This document shows, one piece after another, positions 37,616-50,658 of a stretch of DNA of 64,000 nt (positions within the stretch are counted from its first letter, which is position 1; every line of letters starts with the position of its first letter). The stretch is from Octopus sinensis (lineage: Eukaryota), in the NCBI RefSeq assembly GCF_006345805.1, contig NC_043018.1, positions 20,894,001 to 20,958,000 of the forward strand. The letters are read 5' to 3'. The notes beneath the pieces are model-generated. The model was not told the origin of the DNA, did not search any database, and saw only the letters and a program-made list of their open reading frames with translations. Position numbers and translations under genes: made by a program.

Positions 37616-38334
37616 ATTAAAACGATACTTTCTTCACCTTTATTTACTCCTTATTCATGTAAAGAAAATCACGACCCAACTTTTGGATCTTTTTATTCCT
37701 TTTCCTATTCTTAAGAAACGGAACTTTTTCCAAAAGGGCAGGCAGAGTTGTTTAATGTAGTAACCAAAAATTTGTTTAACTTGACTTAAGTCCTTCCCTT
37801 TAATATATATATATATATATAAATATATTTATTTATTTATTTATCTATAAATATACACGTAAACGTCTAATCCAATTACTTATTACTTCATGACCGAACA
37901 ACAAAAGAAAAGGCTTGGCTATTTTCTGATCGTTCAACAACCGTCTAAGTTTACACACCAGAAATGTAAGGATGTACAATGACGTACAAAGATATATCAT
38001 ACCAAACGGCCTCGTTTACACGGGAGTTATTTATGCCCACCTTTCTACATACAAAGCTTCATTTCCATACTTAAAGCACACAACACACACAGGTATTTCA
38101 AGTTACATTTACATACACAGACACATGCGTTTCAGGTTACACACATTTACATACACACAAACGTAATTGCAATGGACACCTGCTAGCTTCTTTATACCCC
38201 CTCTTCTCTCCCCTTTCTCTCTCTCTCCTTTCTCTCTCTCTCCCCCTTTCTCTCTCTGTCTTTCTCTCTCTCGTTCTCTCTCACTTTTTCTCTCTCTCCC
38301 CCTTTCTCTCGTTCTCTCTCCCTTTCTCTCTTTT

Positions 38335-38379
<45 letters not shown>

Positions 38380-39144
38380 ATTTATCTTTCCCTGTCTCAC
38401 CAAGTTCTTCAAATGACAAATATAATTCACTGGTTCAATCCTGCTTTAAATAATCCTTCCTTTACTAACCACCGAGGGTTCATACAAAAGATTGGGCACG
38501 ATACAGGACAATAATGATAACGATGATGATCATCATCATTTCTTTATTAACCACAAAGGGTTTACATTAAGAAAAGCGTTATGGATAGTACAGGACAAAA
38601 CAAAGAATGTGTGTGTGTGTGTGTTAAAGAAAAATAATAATAATTGTCAATTTAGTGATTCTGACAGTCGTCTGTTCAGATTAGATCTAGGCTGTGACAT
38701 TCTTTTCTTAGATGGCTGACGTTAAGATTTAAGATGATGTGAGTTATGGAGTGTTGACGTAAGTATCTAGTCAAGTCACCCATCCTTGATAAATTTTGCT
38801 GTCAACGCCCAAAGGCGACATAACTTTAATTACAAAAACACCCATGGTTTCACGTGTGCGTATGCGTGTGTATATATACATACATATATGAATAAAGTTA
38901 GATAAGGCCGGTTTTAGGTCCATAGAACGTGTAGCTTTACGCCATATTATCAGATACCAAAATCTCTTTGGTAAAGGCCTATATATACGGTAAAGGCCTA
39001 TATATATATATATAGTTGAAATTTACAGAAAAACAAAAGATGAAGACAGGTGTATGAACAACAAATAGGTATATTAGTTTGACGCTCGGGGAAAGTGAGA
39101 AAGTCTTTTACGCTTCGAGCCTATGCTCTTCAACAGAAAGGAAT

Positions 39145-39584
39145 ATATATATATATATATATATATAAACGGCAGTTTGTCTGTCTGTGTGTCTGTCAGG
39201 TTGTACCCTCACCCTGACCACGGCTTTCAACCGATTCTGATGAAACTTAACACACACATAGCCCAATGTCATAATTCAAAACTGACGCAGCGAAAATTTT
39301 GAAAAGTTCCCCCAGTTCTGAAAAAATTGATAAATTCGACATGGGGTCGAGAATCTAAGCTTTTTATATGCAACACATTTTCTGTCTAGGGGACACAACT
39401 CGACCTTTTTATCGCCCAAAGGGACAGCTAGGAACATCGTATACACAGAAGTATTCGAGTGAAGAGAAGACATTGCAACCTACACATGCGCCTTTGTTCC
39501 CTAGAGAGAAAGGACCCGATTGGGATTAGCCGTTGGCTACTAGGGGCTCTTACATACCCGGGCAACGCCGGACTATGCTGCTAG
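39145..39584 (+). mobile_element. Helitron-like element, second family
   Basis: (TA)n-rich 5' end (start uncertain), 3' CCCGGGCAACGCCGG hairpin and CTAG|T. Confidence 0.7.
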
Positions 39585-39652
39585 TATATATATATAAGTA
39601 AATATATCATCGTAATTGTTATAATGTCTTGTTGTTGAGATAGGCTCTCTTT

Positions 39653-39735
39653 CTTTCCTGATGAGAAGATTGCATTTTACACCGTTTATTCCTTTCGAAT
39701 AAAACCAATGTTGTCTTCGAAACATATGTCGAAAG
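39653..39735 (+). ncRNA. Type I hammerhead ribozyme motif with intact core, second copy of the same repeat
   Basis: CUUUC CUGAUGA GAAGAU..GUCUUC GAAA CAUAUG UC GAAAG: perfect 5-bp stem I, inner hairpin UUUAUUC/GAAUAAA. Confidence 0.78.
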
Positions 39736-39964
39736 TAAAAGAATTTTAATAACATCTTCGTTCAACTCCATTTATTTACTTATACTACACAAATTACTAC
39801 ACATTAACCCGGAGTTTCTACCTTTGAATAGGTCGCTTCATCCATGTTACTTGAGTGAATTTTGCTGCCCTGGTAACTGTTTATTGAATTTTTCATGTTA
39901 ACGGTAAACAAAGGATAATTCATTCATCCATTTAAATATATATATATATATTCAGATGAATATA

Positions 39965-40388
39965 TATTTATCTTTTTATATGTGGTTGAAACATGGGCTA
40001 CCACAAAGAGAGAAGAGCAAAGACTGATAATGGCTCAAAGAGCCATGGAAAGGTCAATGCTTGGTATCTCGTTGAGAGAGCACATAAATAGCAACATCAT
40101 CAGAAAGAAGTCCGGCGTGAGAGATGTCATCGCAGAGTATACTCGCAGCAAGTATAGATGGGCTGGACACGTCGCCCGGCTCACCAATAATCGGTGGACG
40201 CACGCAGTTGTCGAGTGGTACCTGCGTGAGCGGAAAAGACCTCCACGACGGTGGAGTGACGATTTCAAGAGGACGATTGGGATCACGTGGATGAGAAAGG
40301 CGTGATCCAGAGAGGAGCGGATAGCGTGCTGTGACCAGCGGTGTCAAATGGATGCCTGACGGACTGGTCGGTCAAAGTGATCAAAGTG
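39965..40388 (+). mobile_element. 5'-truncated RTE LINE with 17-bp TSD
   Basis: ETWATTKREEQRLIMAQRAMERSMLGISLREH...RWAGHVAR...RWSDD; (CAAAGTGAT)2 tail; TSD ATATTCAGATGAATATA at 39948-39964 and 40389-40405. Confidence 0.92.
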
Positions 40389-40665
40389 ATATTCAGATGA
40401 ATATAGTACTTAAGTTGAAGGCACCAAAATTCAGTATGGTATCATCCATACAATTTAAAATAAGGTGCCACTTCATGAAGAGTTATAGAGTCATGAAGTG
40501 GCACATGCCATTTTAAATTCTTCTGAATTTTGTAATTCATGTATTCACTTGATGAAAACAGTTTTTTCTAACGATTTAATGTCTCCATTAATTAGTTAAA
40601 AATACATTGGAAACAGCTATAGTGGATTGACACATTGTCCATCTGTTGTTATTCATATATATATA

Positions 40666-41053
40666 GGTGTGGGAGTGGCTGTGTGGTAAGTAGCTTGCTT
40701 ACGAACCACATGGTTCCGGTTCAGTCCCACTGCATGGCACCTTGGGCAAGTGTCTCCTACTATAGCCTCGGGCCAACCAAAGCCTTGTGAGTGGATTTGG
40801 TAGATAGAAACTGAAAGAAGCCTGTCGTATATATGTGTGTGTATGTTTGTGTATCTGTGTTTGTCCCCCCAACAAACATTGACAACCAATGGTGGTGTGT
40901 TTACGTCCCCGTAACTTAGCAGTTTGGTAAAAGAGACTGATAAAATAAGTACTAGGCTTACAAAGAATAAGTCCTGGGGTCAATTTGCTCGACTAAATGC
41001 GGTGCTCCAGCATGGCCACAGTCAAATGACTGAAACAAGTAAAAGAGTAAAGA
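40666..41053 (+). mobile_element. SINE family A, full length
   Basis: Direct match to 1253-1659. Confidence 0.88.
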
Positions 41054-41072
41054 GTATACACACGCACATATA

Positions 41073-41110
<38 letters not shown>

Positions 41111-41383
41111 AAATGAGAAAATGGAGAAATATATCTAAATCAATCATCAACTATCAGATAATACCGAATCAATACTTTATTAAAACACTACACAATAGCA
41201 ATGATATTATACATTAATATAGTACAAATATAACAAGACATAGAAATACATTAATACAGTAAATGAATTAATTGCATCGCAATTTTTAACATTTATGTAT
41301 TAGCTTTGTTGGGTACTTCTCTAGCAGTATATTGGATATATGTTATCCCATGGAGGGTTGAATTTACAACCCCTATCTCATTT

Positions 41384-41414
<31 letters not shown>

Positions 41415-41533
41415 ATATATATATATATATGACTGGCCTGGTACAGCCTTCGGACTCCCCAGACCCCAGTTGAACCGTTTAAACCCATGCTAGCATGGAA
41501 AGCGGACGTTAAATGATGATGATGATGATGATG

Positions 41534-41566
<33 letters not shown>

Positions 41567-41573
41567 ATAATAT

Positions 41574-41651
<78 letters not shown>

Positions 41652-44067
41652 TATATATGAATTTCAACCATCAATGTTTTGGTTTGGGCATATGAAAAAT
41701 AAGAGAAGCAAACCAGTGGACTTTTCAAAGCATATGCTATGATAAGAATCAAGAATATGTTCTTGCTGGGAAAGCACCTCCACACACTTTTGTAAACTAC
41801 TGTGTTGCTTATAAGCTTTTATGAAATCCCACTTGACTCATTTCTCTTTACTAAAAACCCCTCCTTCCCACCAGATACCACAATTTCCTTTATGAAATTT
41901 CTCGTTGACAAAGGCTGAAAAGCACAAATACTTGTTCAAATATTATCATTGTCATTGTCTTCTACACTGGCATTGGTTGGACAGATCAACAGGATCTTGT
42001 ACGAGGACTGTGTCATGATCCTATATCTGTTTTGGCATGGTTCCTACAAATAGACACTCTTCCTGATGCCAACCACTTTACAGAGTGTATTGGGTGCTTT
42101 TTTTTTCTTGGCACTAGCACCTGATGAAAGCTGGAGGGTATATCAACTGAAACATGTTAACAGCAAACAAGATGAGGACAAATATCCGTCAAATGTAAAT
42201 AATGAAAATGTTTTAATTACTGTAATTTAATTCTTTGAGAAAAATCGCAACAGCTACAAGAGAATATGCTGGATTTTTGCAGTTAATAAATTATATTAAT
42301 GCTGCATCTCCATTTTCTGAATTTTAATTTGAATAATTATAAACTAAGATTTATACTTAAACTTATTATTTTTTATAAATATTACTCTTTTACTTGTTTC
42401 AGTCATTTGACTGCGGCCATGCTGGAGCACCACCTTTTAGTCGAGTAAATCGACCCCAGGACTTATTCTTTGTAAGCCTAATACTTATTCTATCGGTCTC
42501 TTTTGCTGAACTGCTAAGTTATGGGGATGTAAACACACCACCATCGATTATCAAGCAATGGTGGGGGAACAAACACAGACACACAAACGTATACACACAT
42601 ACATATATACGGCGGGCTTCTTCCAGTTCCCGTCTACCAAGTAACTCACAAAACAAGACTCCTTGATTGAGCAATGCCGTAGTGCTGAAGGAGTGGGCTC
42701 TATACTAGGTGTTGAGAGGTTAAGGTATGATAGGGGGACAGGAACACTGAAGAGGAAATATATGGTTACGCCATCTAGAAAGAGAGAAAAGAGATTGTGG
42801 TGATAAGGGATCAGAGCATACCCACAGGTTACAAGAAGGTGACACAAGCAGACAGACAGAATAGGGACAGAGGATCAGAAAGAATGGGTAGATGGGTAAG
42901 TTTGAATACAGGTAGAGGTGTAGTCAGTGAGGAATATCAGTTCTGAGTGGGGAGACAGTAGAAGAAATAGGAGTGGGTCAGGAAGGAAAAGGGAGAGGAG
43001 AAGAAGGCTGTAAGTTTCAGTACAAAATGAAGCCAATAAGGTGGAGAGTAACAACATAACAAAATTATCTATTTAAAGTCTTGAAAACTTTTAGTTTAAT
43101 TTAACTTAAAACTCTTTACAAAAAAAGGACTTGAACCTTTTCCTTAAAGATCAAAACTTTATATGCCCATACACCAATTATCAATTTATAAAATATATAT
43201 CATAAAAATTTATATATTGTTTATAAATTTCATTTATAAAAGTCGTTAGTTTAATAAAAATATTTAAATTACACAGAATATTTTAATGATGCTTATCTTA
43301 CTTTATAAACATCAATTTTTTCAAAACCAATGGAGATTTCATGTGATTGTCTTATTATATAAATTATTGTGACAGAGATGGAGGTCTGAGGAATGTAGGG
43401 ATGAAAATAGCAAGTGACAAACAAAGATGGAGGGTTTGTCGAGGGCAGATATGAGGGTATGCCCAGAGGGAAGGTGTTCAGTGAAAAATTAAGTGGTAAG
43501 AGATAATATTGAGAATAGATAATTTATTGATTTCAAATTTTGGCTCAAGTCCTAGAGAGGTGTTAAGTCACTTATTTTATCAACCCCCTTAAATGATGAT
43601 TGAGAAAATGTAAGAACTATGGTTCAAATCTTTGCCAGGTTCTTGCCACACTGTCTCTAATGTTGATTGAAAGCTTCAAATTCCTAAAACTTTTGCTTTA
43701 AAAAAAATCAGTTTTAGCTGGGTGCTCATGGTTTGCGTATTTTTAAGTTTTTACTCGTTTGTTTTGCTAATTCAAGGAAAATCAAGTTAGATTTTTATAT
43801 TTCCCATTGTCACACCCTAATTTCAATAACATTACCGATAAATTTTAGGGAATAGGAAAAAGAGTCAACAAGCCTATGTGACTGGAAGTTGTAACTGAAA
43901 TGCTTGCAACTAGGCGTGGCTATGTGGTAAGTAGCTTACTTCCCAACCACATGGTTCTGGGTTTGGTCCCATTGTGTGACACCTTGGGCCAACAAAAGCC
44001 TCGTGAGTGGATTTGGTAGATGGGAACTGAAAGATATATATATATATCTGTGTATATGTCTACGTGT

Positions 44068-44400
44068 GAAGGCGCATGGCTCAGTGGTTAGAGCATCGAG
44101 CTTACGATCGGGAGGTTGTGAGCTCGAATCCCGGACCGGACTGCGTGTTGTGTTCTTGAGCAAGACACTTTATTTCACGTTGCTCCAGTTTACTCAGCTG
44201 TAGAAATTAGTTGCGACGTCACAGGTGCCAAGCTGTATCGGCCCTTGCCTTTCCCTTGGGTAACATTGGTGGTGTGGAGAGGGGAGGTTGGTATGCATGG
44301 GCGACTGCTGGTCTTCCATAAACAATCATGCCCAGACTTGTGACTAGGAGGGTAACTTTCTAGGTGCAATCCCATGGTCAGTGTCGTGACCGAAGGGGGT
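44068..44400 (+). mobile_element. tRNA-derived SINE family D
   Basis: Head TGGCTCAGTGGTTAGAGC, core TTGAGCAAGACACTTTATTTCAC. Other copies at 19940-20265 (-), 27455-27740 (-), 48292-48526 (+) and 54365-54700 (+). Confidence 0.85.
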
Positions 44401-44787
44401 CCCGGATCCCTGGATATCCACGTGTGTGCGTCTTTGTTTTTGAGTTTGTCACTTCATCACCTCTTGACAACTAGTGTTGATGAGTTTAGGTATTTCCACT
44501 CAATAAACACTCACAATGCCCAGTCTGGAAATCGAAACTGCGACCCTATGACTACAAGTCCGCTGCCCTAACCACTGGGCCGTTGCGCCTCCACATTTGT
44601 TGTTGACAAAAATCAACATGATACACCACTGGCAAGAAATTAGGTAACTGTGATTTTGTGATACCATGGTTTCATGGTATCAACCAAACTCTTGGATCTT
44701 GGGAACCTCTGGAACACGAGAGAACATTCTATAATATGGGGCGATATTTGTTAAAAAGTTGGTTGGTTGATATTTGTCAACAACAAA

Positions 44788-45765
44788 TGTGGAGGCACAA
44801 TGGCCCAGTGGTTAGGGCAGCGGACTCATAGTCATAGGGTCGCAGTTTCGATTCCCAGACTGGGCATTGTAAGTGTTTATTGAGCAAAAACACTTAAAGC
44901 TGTACGAAGCTCAGGTAAAGGGCATGGCGGACCCTGCTGTACTCTATCACCACAACTTTCTCTCACTCTTTATTCCTGTTTCTGTTGTACCTGTATTTCA
45001 AAGGGCCAGCCTTGTCACACTCTGTGTCATGCTGAATTTCCTTGAGAACTACATTAAGGGTTACGCATGTCTGTGGAGTACTCAGCCACTTGCACGTTAA
45101 TTTCATGAGCAGATTGTTCCATTGATCGGATCAACTGGAACCCTCGTCATCACAACCGATGGAGTGCCACGCAATCCATCTTCCCTACTTATTATTCCCA
45201 GTGAGGTGATGGGGGAAAAGTCAAGTCCTCAGGCCCTTCTTCCATGGTGTCATATCAGAAGGAACTGTTGTTATTTCTTCCAACTGACACCATGGATATT
45301 ATTCAACCATCTCATCAAGGAATGCGTTTAGATCTTACATAGAAGGCCCGTGGCTTAGTGGTTAGGGTGGATGTGGAATGTGGAAGCACTCCGTCAGTTA
45401 CGACGACGAGGGTTCCGGTTGATCCAAATCAACGAAACAGCCTGCTCATGAAATTAACGTGTAAGTGGCTGAGCACTCCACAGACACGTGTACCCTTAAC
45501 GTAGTTCTCGGGGATATTCAGCGTGACACAGTGAGTGACAAAGCCGACCCTTTGAAATACAGGTACAACAGAAACAGGAAGTAAGAATGAGAGAAAGTTG
45601 TGGTGAAAGAGTACAGCAGGGATCACCACCATCCCCTGCCGGAGCCTCGTGGAGCTTTAGGTGTTTTCGCTCAATAAACACTCATAACGCCCGGTCTGGG
45701 AATCGAAACCGCGATCCTACGACCGTGAGTCCGCTGCCCTAACCACTGGGCCATTGCACCTCCAT
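44788..45765. mobile_element. Two SINE family C copies in tail-to-tail inverted orientation
   Basis: 44788-45175 (+) and 45382-45765 (-). Confidence 0.85.
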
Positions 45766-46026
45766 GGTGGTTAGATTATTCAGCTCATGATCATAAGGTC
45801 CTGAGTTCGATTCCTGGTGATGCATTGTATCCTTGAGCAAGACACTTTATTTCACATTGCTTCATCCCACTCAGCTGCCAAAAAACAAGTTGTACATGTA
45901 ATTGAAAGGGGCCAGCCGTATCACATTCTGCATCACGCTGAATCTCCCTCGTAACTACATTAAGGGTACGCATGTCTGTGGAGTACTCAGCCACTTGCAT
46001 GTTAATTTCATGAGCAGGTTGTTCCC

Positions 46027-46413
46027 TTTACTCTTTTACTTGTTTCAGTCATTTGACTGCAGCCATGCTGGAGCACCGCCTTTAGTCGAGCAAATCGACC
46101 CCGGGACTTATTCTTTTGTAAGCCCAGTACTTATTCTATCGGTCTCTTTTGCTGAACCACTAAGTGACGGGGACGTAAGCACACCAGCATCGGTTGTCAA
46201 GCAATGCTAGGGGGACAAACACAGACACACACACACATATATATATACATATATATGACAGGCTTCTTTCAGTTTCCGTCTACCAAATCCACTCACAAGG
46301 CATTGGTCGGCCCGGGGCTATAGCAGAAGACACTTGCCCAAGGTGCCACGCAGTGGGACTGAACCCGGAACCATGTGGCTGGTTAGCAAGCTACTTACCA
46401 CACAGCCACTCCT
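46027..46413 (-). mobile_element. SINE family A, full length
   Basis: Reverse-complement match. Confidence 0.88.
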
Positions 46414-46748
46414 GATAAACTGGTAGACTTGTTGTCATTACCAACAGTGTGCCAAAAGGTCATTTAAAAATTATATATTGCAGTCTCCACCCAATGTCAA
46501 TATAACCAACAATAGTAAGACAGCAACCTATTCTGGAAGCCACAGGGTGTAACTAAATAAACTCAAATTTTATTTAAAAGTTAATGGTTATAGCAGCTAC
46601 AATTCCTATACCTACTTTAATTATGGCCGGAGTTTTTTTTCATTTATTCTTTTTTGTGTTCCAGTTATTTGACTAGGGCCATACTGGAGCACTGCCTTTA
46701 GCCGAACAAATCAACCCCCAGGACTTATTCTTTGTAAGCCTAGTACTT

Positions 46749-46866
46749 AAGTTAAGTTAATTTTTTGGCTCAAAAAGCAAAAAGCAAGGCCATGTAGGGG
46801 TACATGGAGTTATGTACAGGGGTGTTCATGCAAAGAGTTCAGGCCATTTCTGGTCAAGAGACTTTA
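46749..46866 (-). mobile_element. Short LINE-like 3' tail with (AACTT)n end, inserted in a SINE A copy
   Basis: Interrupts the SINE at AGTACTTA; TACTTA appears on both sides. Confidence 0.5.
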
Positions 46867-47263
46867 CTTATTCTATTGGTCTCTTTTGCTGAACTGCTAA
46901 GTTATGGGGGACGTAAACACACCAACATCAGTTGTCAAGCAGTGGGAGGGGGGACAAACACAGAAACACAAACATATACATACACACACACCCATACATA
47001 TATAAGATGGGCTTCTTTCAGTTTCTATCTACCAAATCCACTCACAAGGCTTTGGTCAGCCTTAGATGGAGTCGCTGCTATAACTGATTATAGCAGCAAC
47101 TCTATCTAAGAATATCTGAAGAAGGAATTTTATTCTGAAATATTATCAGACTATGGATGACTAAATTAAAACAGGTAAATAACCATTGTTTGTATTATAG
47201 TGCATTGTTGTACCATTCAAAACTTTTTATTCTTTAATAATAATAATAATATTGAAAAATACC

Positions 47264-47483
47264 TATTTCTTTATTACCCACAAGGGGCTAAACACAGAGG
47301 GGACAAACATAGGTATTAAGTCGATTACATCGACCCCAGTGCGTATCTGGTACTTAATTTATCGACCCCAAAAGATGAAAGGCAAAGTCGACCTAGGTGG
47401 AATTTGAACTCACAACGTAACACAGACGAAATACCGCTAAGCATTTCGCCCGGCGTGCTAATGTTTCTGCCAGCTCGCCGCCT
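47264..47483 (-). mobile_element. SINE family B, full length, with 17-bp TSD
   Basis: TAATATTGAAAAATACC flanks both sides (47247-47263 and 47484-47500). The empty site is seen in the homologous repeat at about 2700. Confidence 0.9.
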
Positions 47484-47784
47484 TAATATTGAAAAATACC
47501 TTAGGAATGACAATTCAGGTTCGAAATTTCCCAAAGACACCTGATGAAGGCTAGAGGGTATATCAACTGAAACATGTTAACAGCAAACAAGGTGAGGACA
47601 AATATCCGTCAAATGTAAATAATGAAAATGTTTTAATTACTGTAATTTAATTCTTTGAGAAAAATCATAACAGCTACAAGAGAATATGCTGGATTTTTGC
47701 AGTTAATAAATTATATTGATGCTGCATCTCCATTTTCTGAATTTTAATTTGAATATTTATAAACTTATTATTTTTTATAAATAT

Positions 47785-48170
47785 TACTCTTTTACATGTT
47801 TCAGTCATTTGACTGCGGCCATGCTGGAGCACCGCCTTTTAGTCGAGTAAATCGACCCCAGGACTTATTCTTTGTGAGCCTAGTACTTATTCTATCAGTC
47901 TCTTTTGCTGAACCGCTAAATTACGGGGACGTAAACACACCACCATCGGTTTTCAAGCAATGGTGGGGGGACAAACACAGACACACAAACATATACACAC
48001 ATACATATATATGACGGGCTTCTTCCAGTTTCTGTCTACCAAATCCACTCACAAGGCTTTGGTCGGCCCGAGGCTATAGTAGAAGACACTTGCCCAAGGT
48101 GCCACACAGTGGGAACGAACCCAGAACCATGTGGTTGGTTAGCAAGCTACTTACCACACAGCCACTCCTG
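47785..48170 (-). mobile_element. SINE family A, full length
   Basis: Reverse-complement match; part of the block shared with 42120-42640. Confidence 0.88.
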
Positions 48171-49619
48171 TGTAAAAAAATAATAGGCTATTCACAAAAA
48201 AATAATAGGCAATGAACTAGTAAATTTATTGGATATCTTTATCCTTTAATGAGGTTATTTTAGCATATATGTGTGTGTGTGTGTGTGTGTGGAGGCGCAA
48301 TGGCCCAGTGGTTAGAGCGTCAGGCTTACATCATGAGGTAGTGAGTTTGATTTCCATATTGGGCTGTGTGCTGTCTTGAGCAAGACACTTTATTTCACAT
48401 TGCTCCAGTTCACTCAGCAGTAGAAATGAGTTGTGACATCACTGGTGCCAGGCTGTATCGGCCCCTTTGCCTTTCCCTTGGATAACATCGGTGGCATGGA
48501 GAGGGAAGCTTGGTATGCATGGGTGACTGCTGTACTCTATCACCACAACTTTCTCTCACTCTTTATTCCTGTTTCTGTTGTACCTGTATTTCAAAGGGCC
48601 AGCCTTGTCACACTCTGTGTCATGCTTAATTTCCTTGAGAACTACATTAAGGGTTACGCATGTCTGTGGAGTGCTCAGCCACTTGCACATTAATTTCACG
48701 AGCAGATTGTTCCATTGATCGGATCAACTGGAACCCTCATCATCACAACCGATGGAGTGCCACGCAATCCATCTTCCCTACTTATTATTCCCAGTGAGGT
48801 GATGGGGGAAAGTCAAGTCCTCAGGCCTTTCTTCCATGGGGTCATATCAGAAGGAACTGTTGTTATTTCTTCCAACTGAGACCATGGATATTATTCAACC
48901 ATCTCATCAAGGAATGCATTTATAAACAACCTTGCGAGGACTAGTGTCATAGAAGATAACCCAAGTGCAATCCTATGATCAATCATTACTGAAGAGGGTT
49001 TTTATTTCTCTTACCTTTACAGGTAAAAGTGGTTGGTTGTGCTTCAGCATTTGGGCATTTACAAGTCTGGGGAGCGATTATTTTTGTACTCAAGCACCAA
49101 CTTGATAACCTGGCCAGGTATCCTGTTTACTGTTTCTTTAAGTTTTAAGTATTTTGTATCATAAATCATGACAGAAATAGCATGGCAAGTTTTGCAGATG
49201 TCAATATTTGAATCATGCATCAAGGTTGGTCTTTGTTTTTTTTGAAACTCATATAGATATTGTTAGCTTTGTGATGGTGTCTGATATGGTCGGGTGATTG
49301 CGTGACATGTTTGAATTTTTGACGTGTTTTTTTTTGAATGATTGTTTGAATTTGTGACGTGATTCGCAGAGATGACTACGTAAGTTGGTGATGTTTTCTT
49401 TTGTCCGTTTATTTGTTTCAGCCATTGGTCTGTGGCCATGCTGGGGCACCACCTCGACGGGTGTAGCCAAACAGACTAATCCCTGTAATTTATCTTGCTT
49501 TAAGTCTAGAATTGATTCTATCAATCTCTTTTGCCAAGCTACATACTTACAGGAACATAAACAGACTAACAGCAGTTGTCCATCCACCATTCAACACACA
49601 CACACACACATAGCAGCAG

Positions 49620-50150
49620 GGGTTGATGCTCTGAGAGCGTAGCTGCTAGAATAAGAATATTCTCTGGGCAAAGTTCAGAGAGCTTCTACTTCTGCTGGTA
49701 ACAAAGGGTCTCTCGCTCAGAGTGAAAGGTAGACTGTATGATGCTTGTGTGTGAACAGCCATGCTACACAGCAGTGAAACATGGGCCACGGCTGCCGAGG
49801 ACATGCATAGGCTCAAAAGAAATGAAGCTAGTATGCTCCACTGTATGCGTAATGTCAGTGTGCATACACAACAAAGTGTAAGCGCCCTGAGAGAAACGTT
49901 GGACATAAGAAGCATCAGATGTGGTGCGCAAGAGAGATGACTGTGCTGGTGTGGTCATGTGCTACATATGGATGAGGACAGCTGTGTGAAAAAGTGTCAC
50001 ACCATAACAGTGGATTGAACCTGTGGTAGAGGTAGACCTGGGATGAGATAGTGAAGTACGACCTTCGAACGTTGGGCCTAGCAGAGGCAATGACAAGGGG
50101 CTGACCTTTGGAGACATGCTGTGCTTGAGAAGACCCAGCTAGCCAAGAGA
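49620..50150 (+). mobile_element. RTE LINE 3' fragment
   Basis: WAKFRELLLLLVTKGLSLRVKGRLYDACV*TAMLHSSETWA...LRETLDIRSIRCG...WCGHVLHMDEDSCVKKC...WDEIVKYDLRTLGL. Confidence 0.85.
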
Positions 50151-50305
50151 GATCATATCCGTGGCCGGAAGTTGTTGTTCGCAAACAATAGCAGTAATTT
50201 TCTTCAGCTGAATACACGTCATTGATTGGTTGAAATTACCCAAATACGACAAATTTGACACGAAATAACTTCTAAAATACAAACTTTTTTCAAAAATGCT
50301 AAGAA

Positions 50306-50658
50306 GTAGCTTGCTAACCAACCACATGGTTCCGGGTTCAGTCCCACTGCGTGGCATCTTGGGCAAGTGTCTTCTGCTATAGCCCCAGGCCGACCAATGC
50401 CTTGTGAGTGGATTTGGTAGACAGAAACTGAAAGAAGCCTGTCGTATATATGTATGTGTGTGTGTGTTTGTCCCCCTAGCATTGCTTGACAACCGATGCT
50501 GGTGTGTTTACATCCCCGTCACTTAGCGGTTCGGCAAAAGAGACTGATAGAATAAGTACTGGGCTTACAAAGAATAAGTCCCGGAGTCGATTTGCTCGAC
50601 TAAAAGGCGGTGCTCCAGCATGGCCAGTCAAATGACTGAAACAAGTAAAAGAGTAAAA
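50306..50658 (+). mobile_element. SINE family A inserted in a Merlin-like MITE remnant
   Basis: Flanks (50215-50305, 50660-50757) resemble the interior and end of the 22295-22733 element. Confidence 0.75.
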
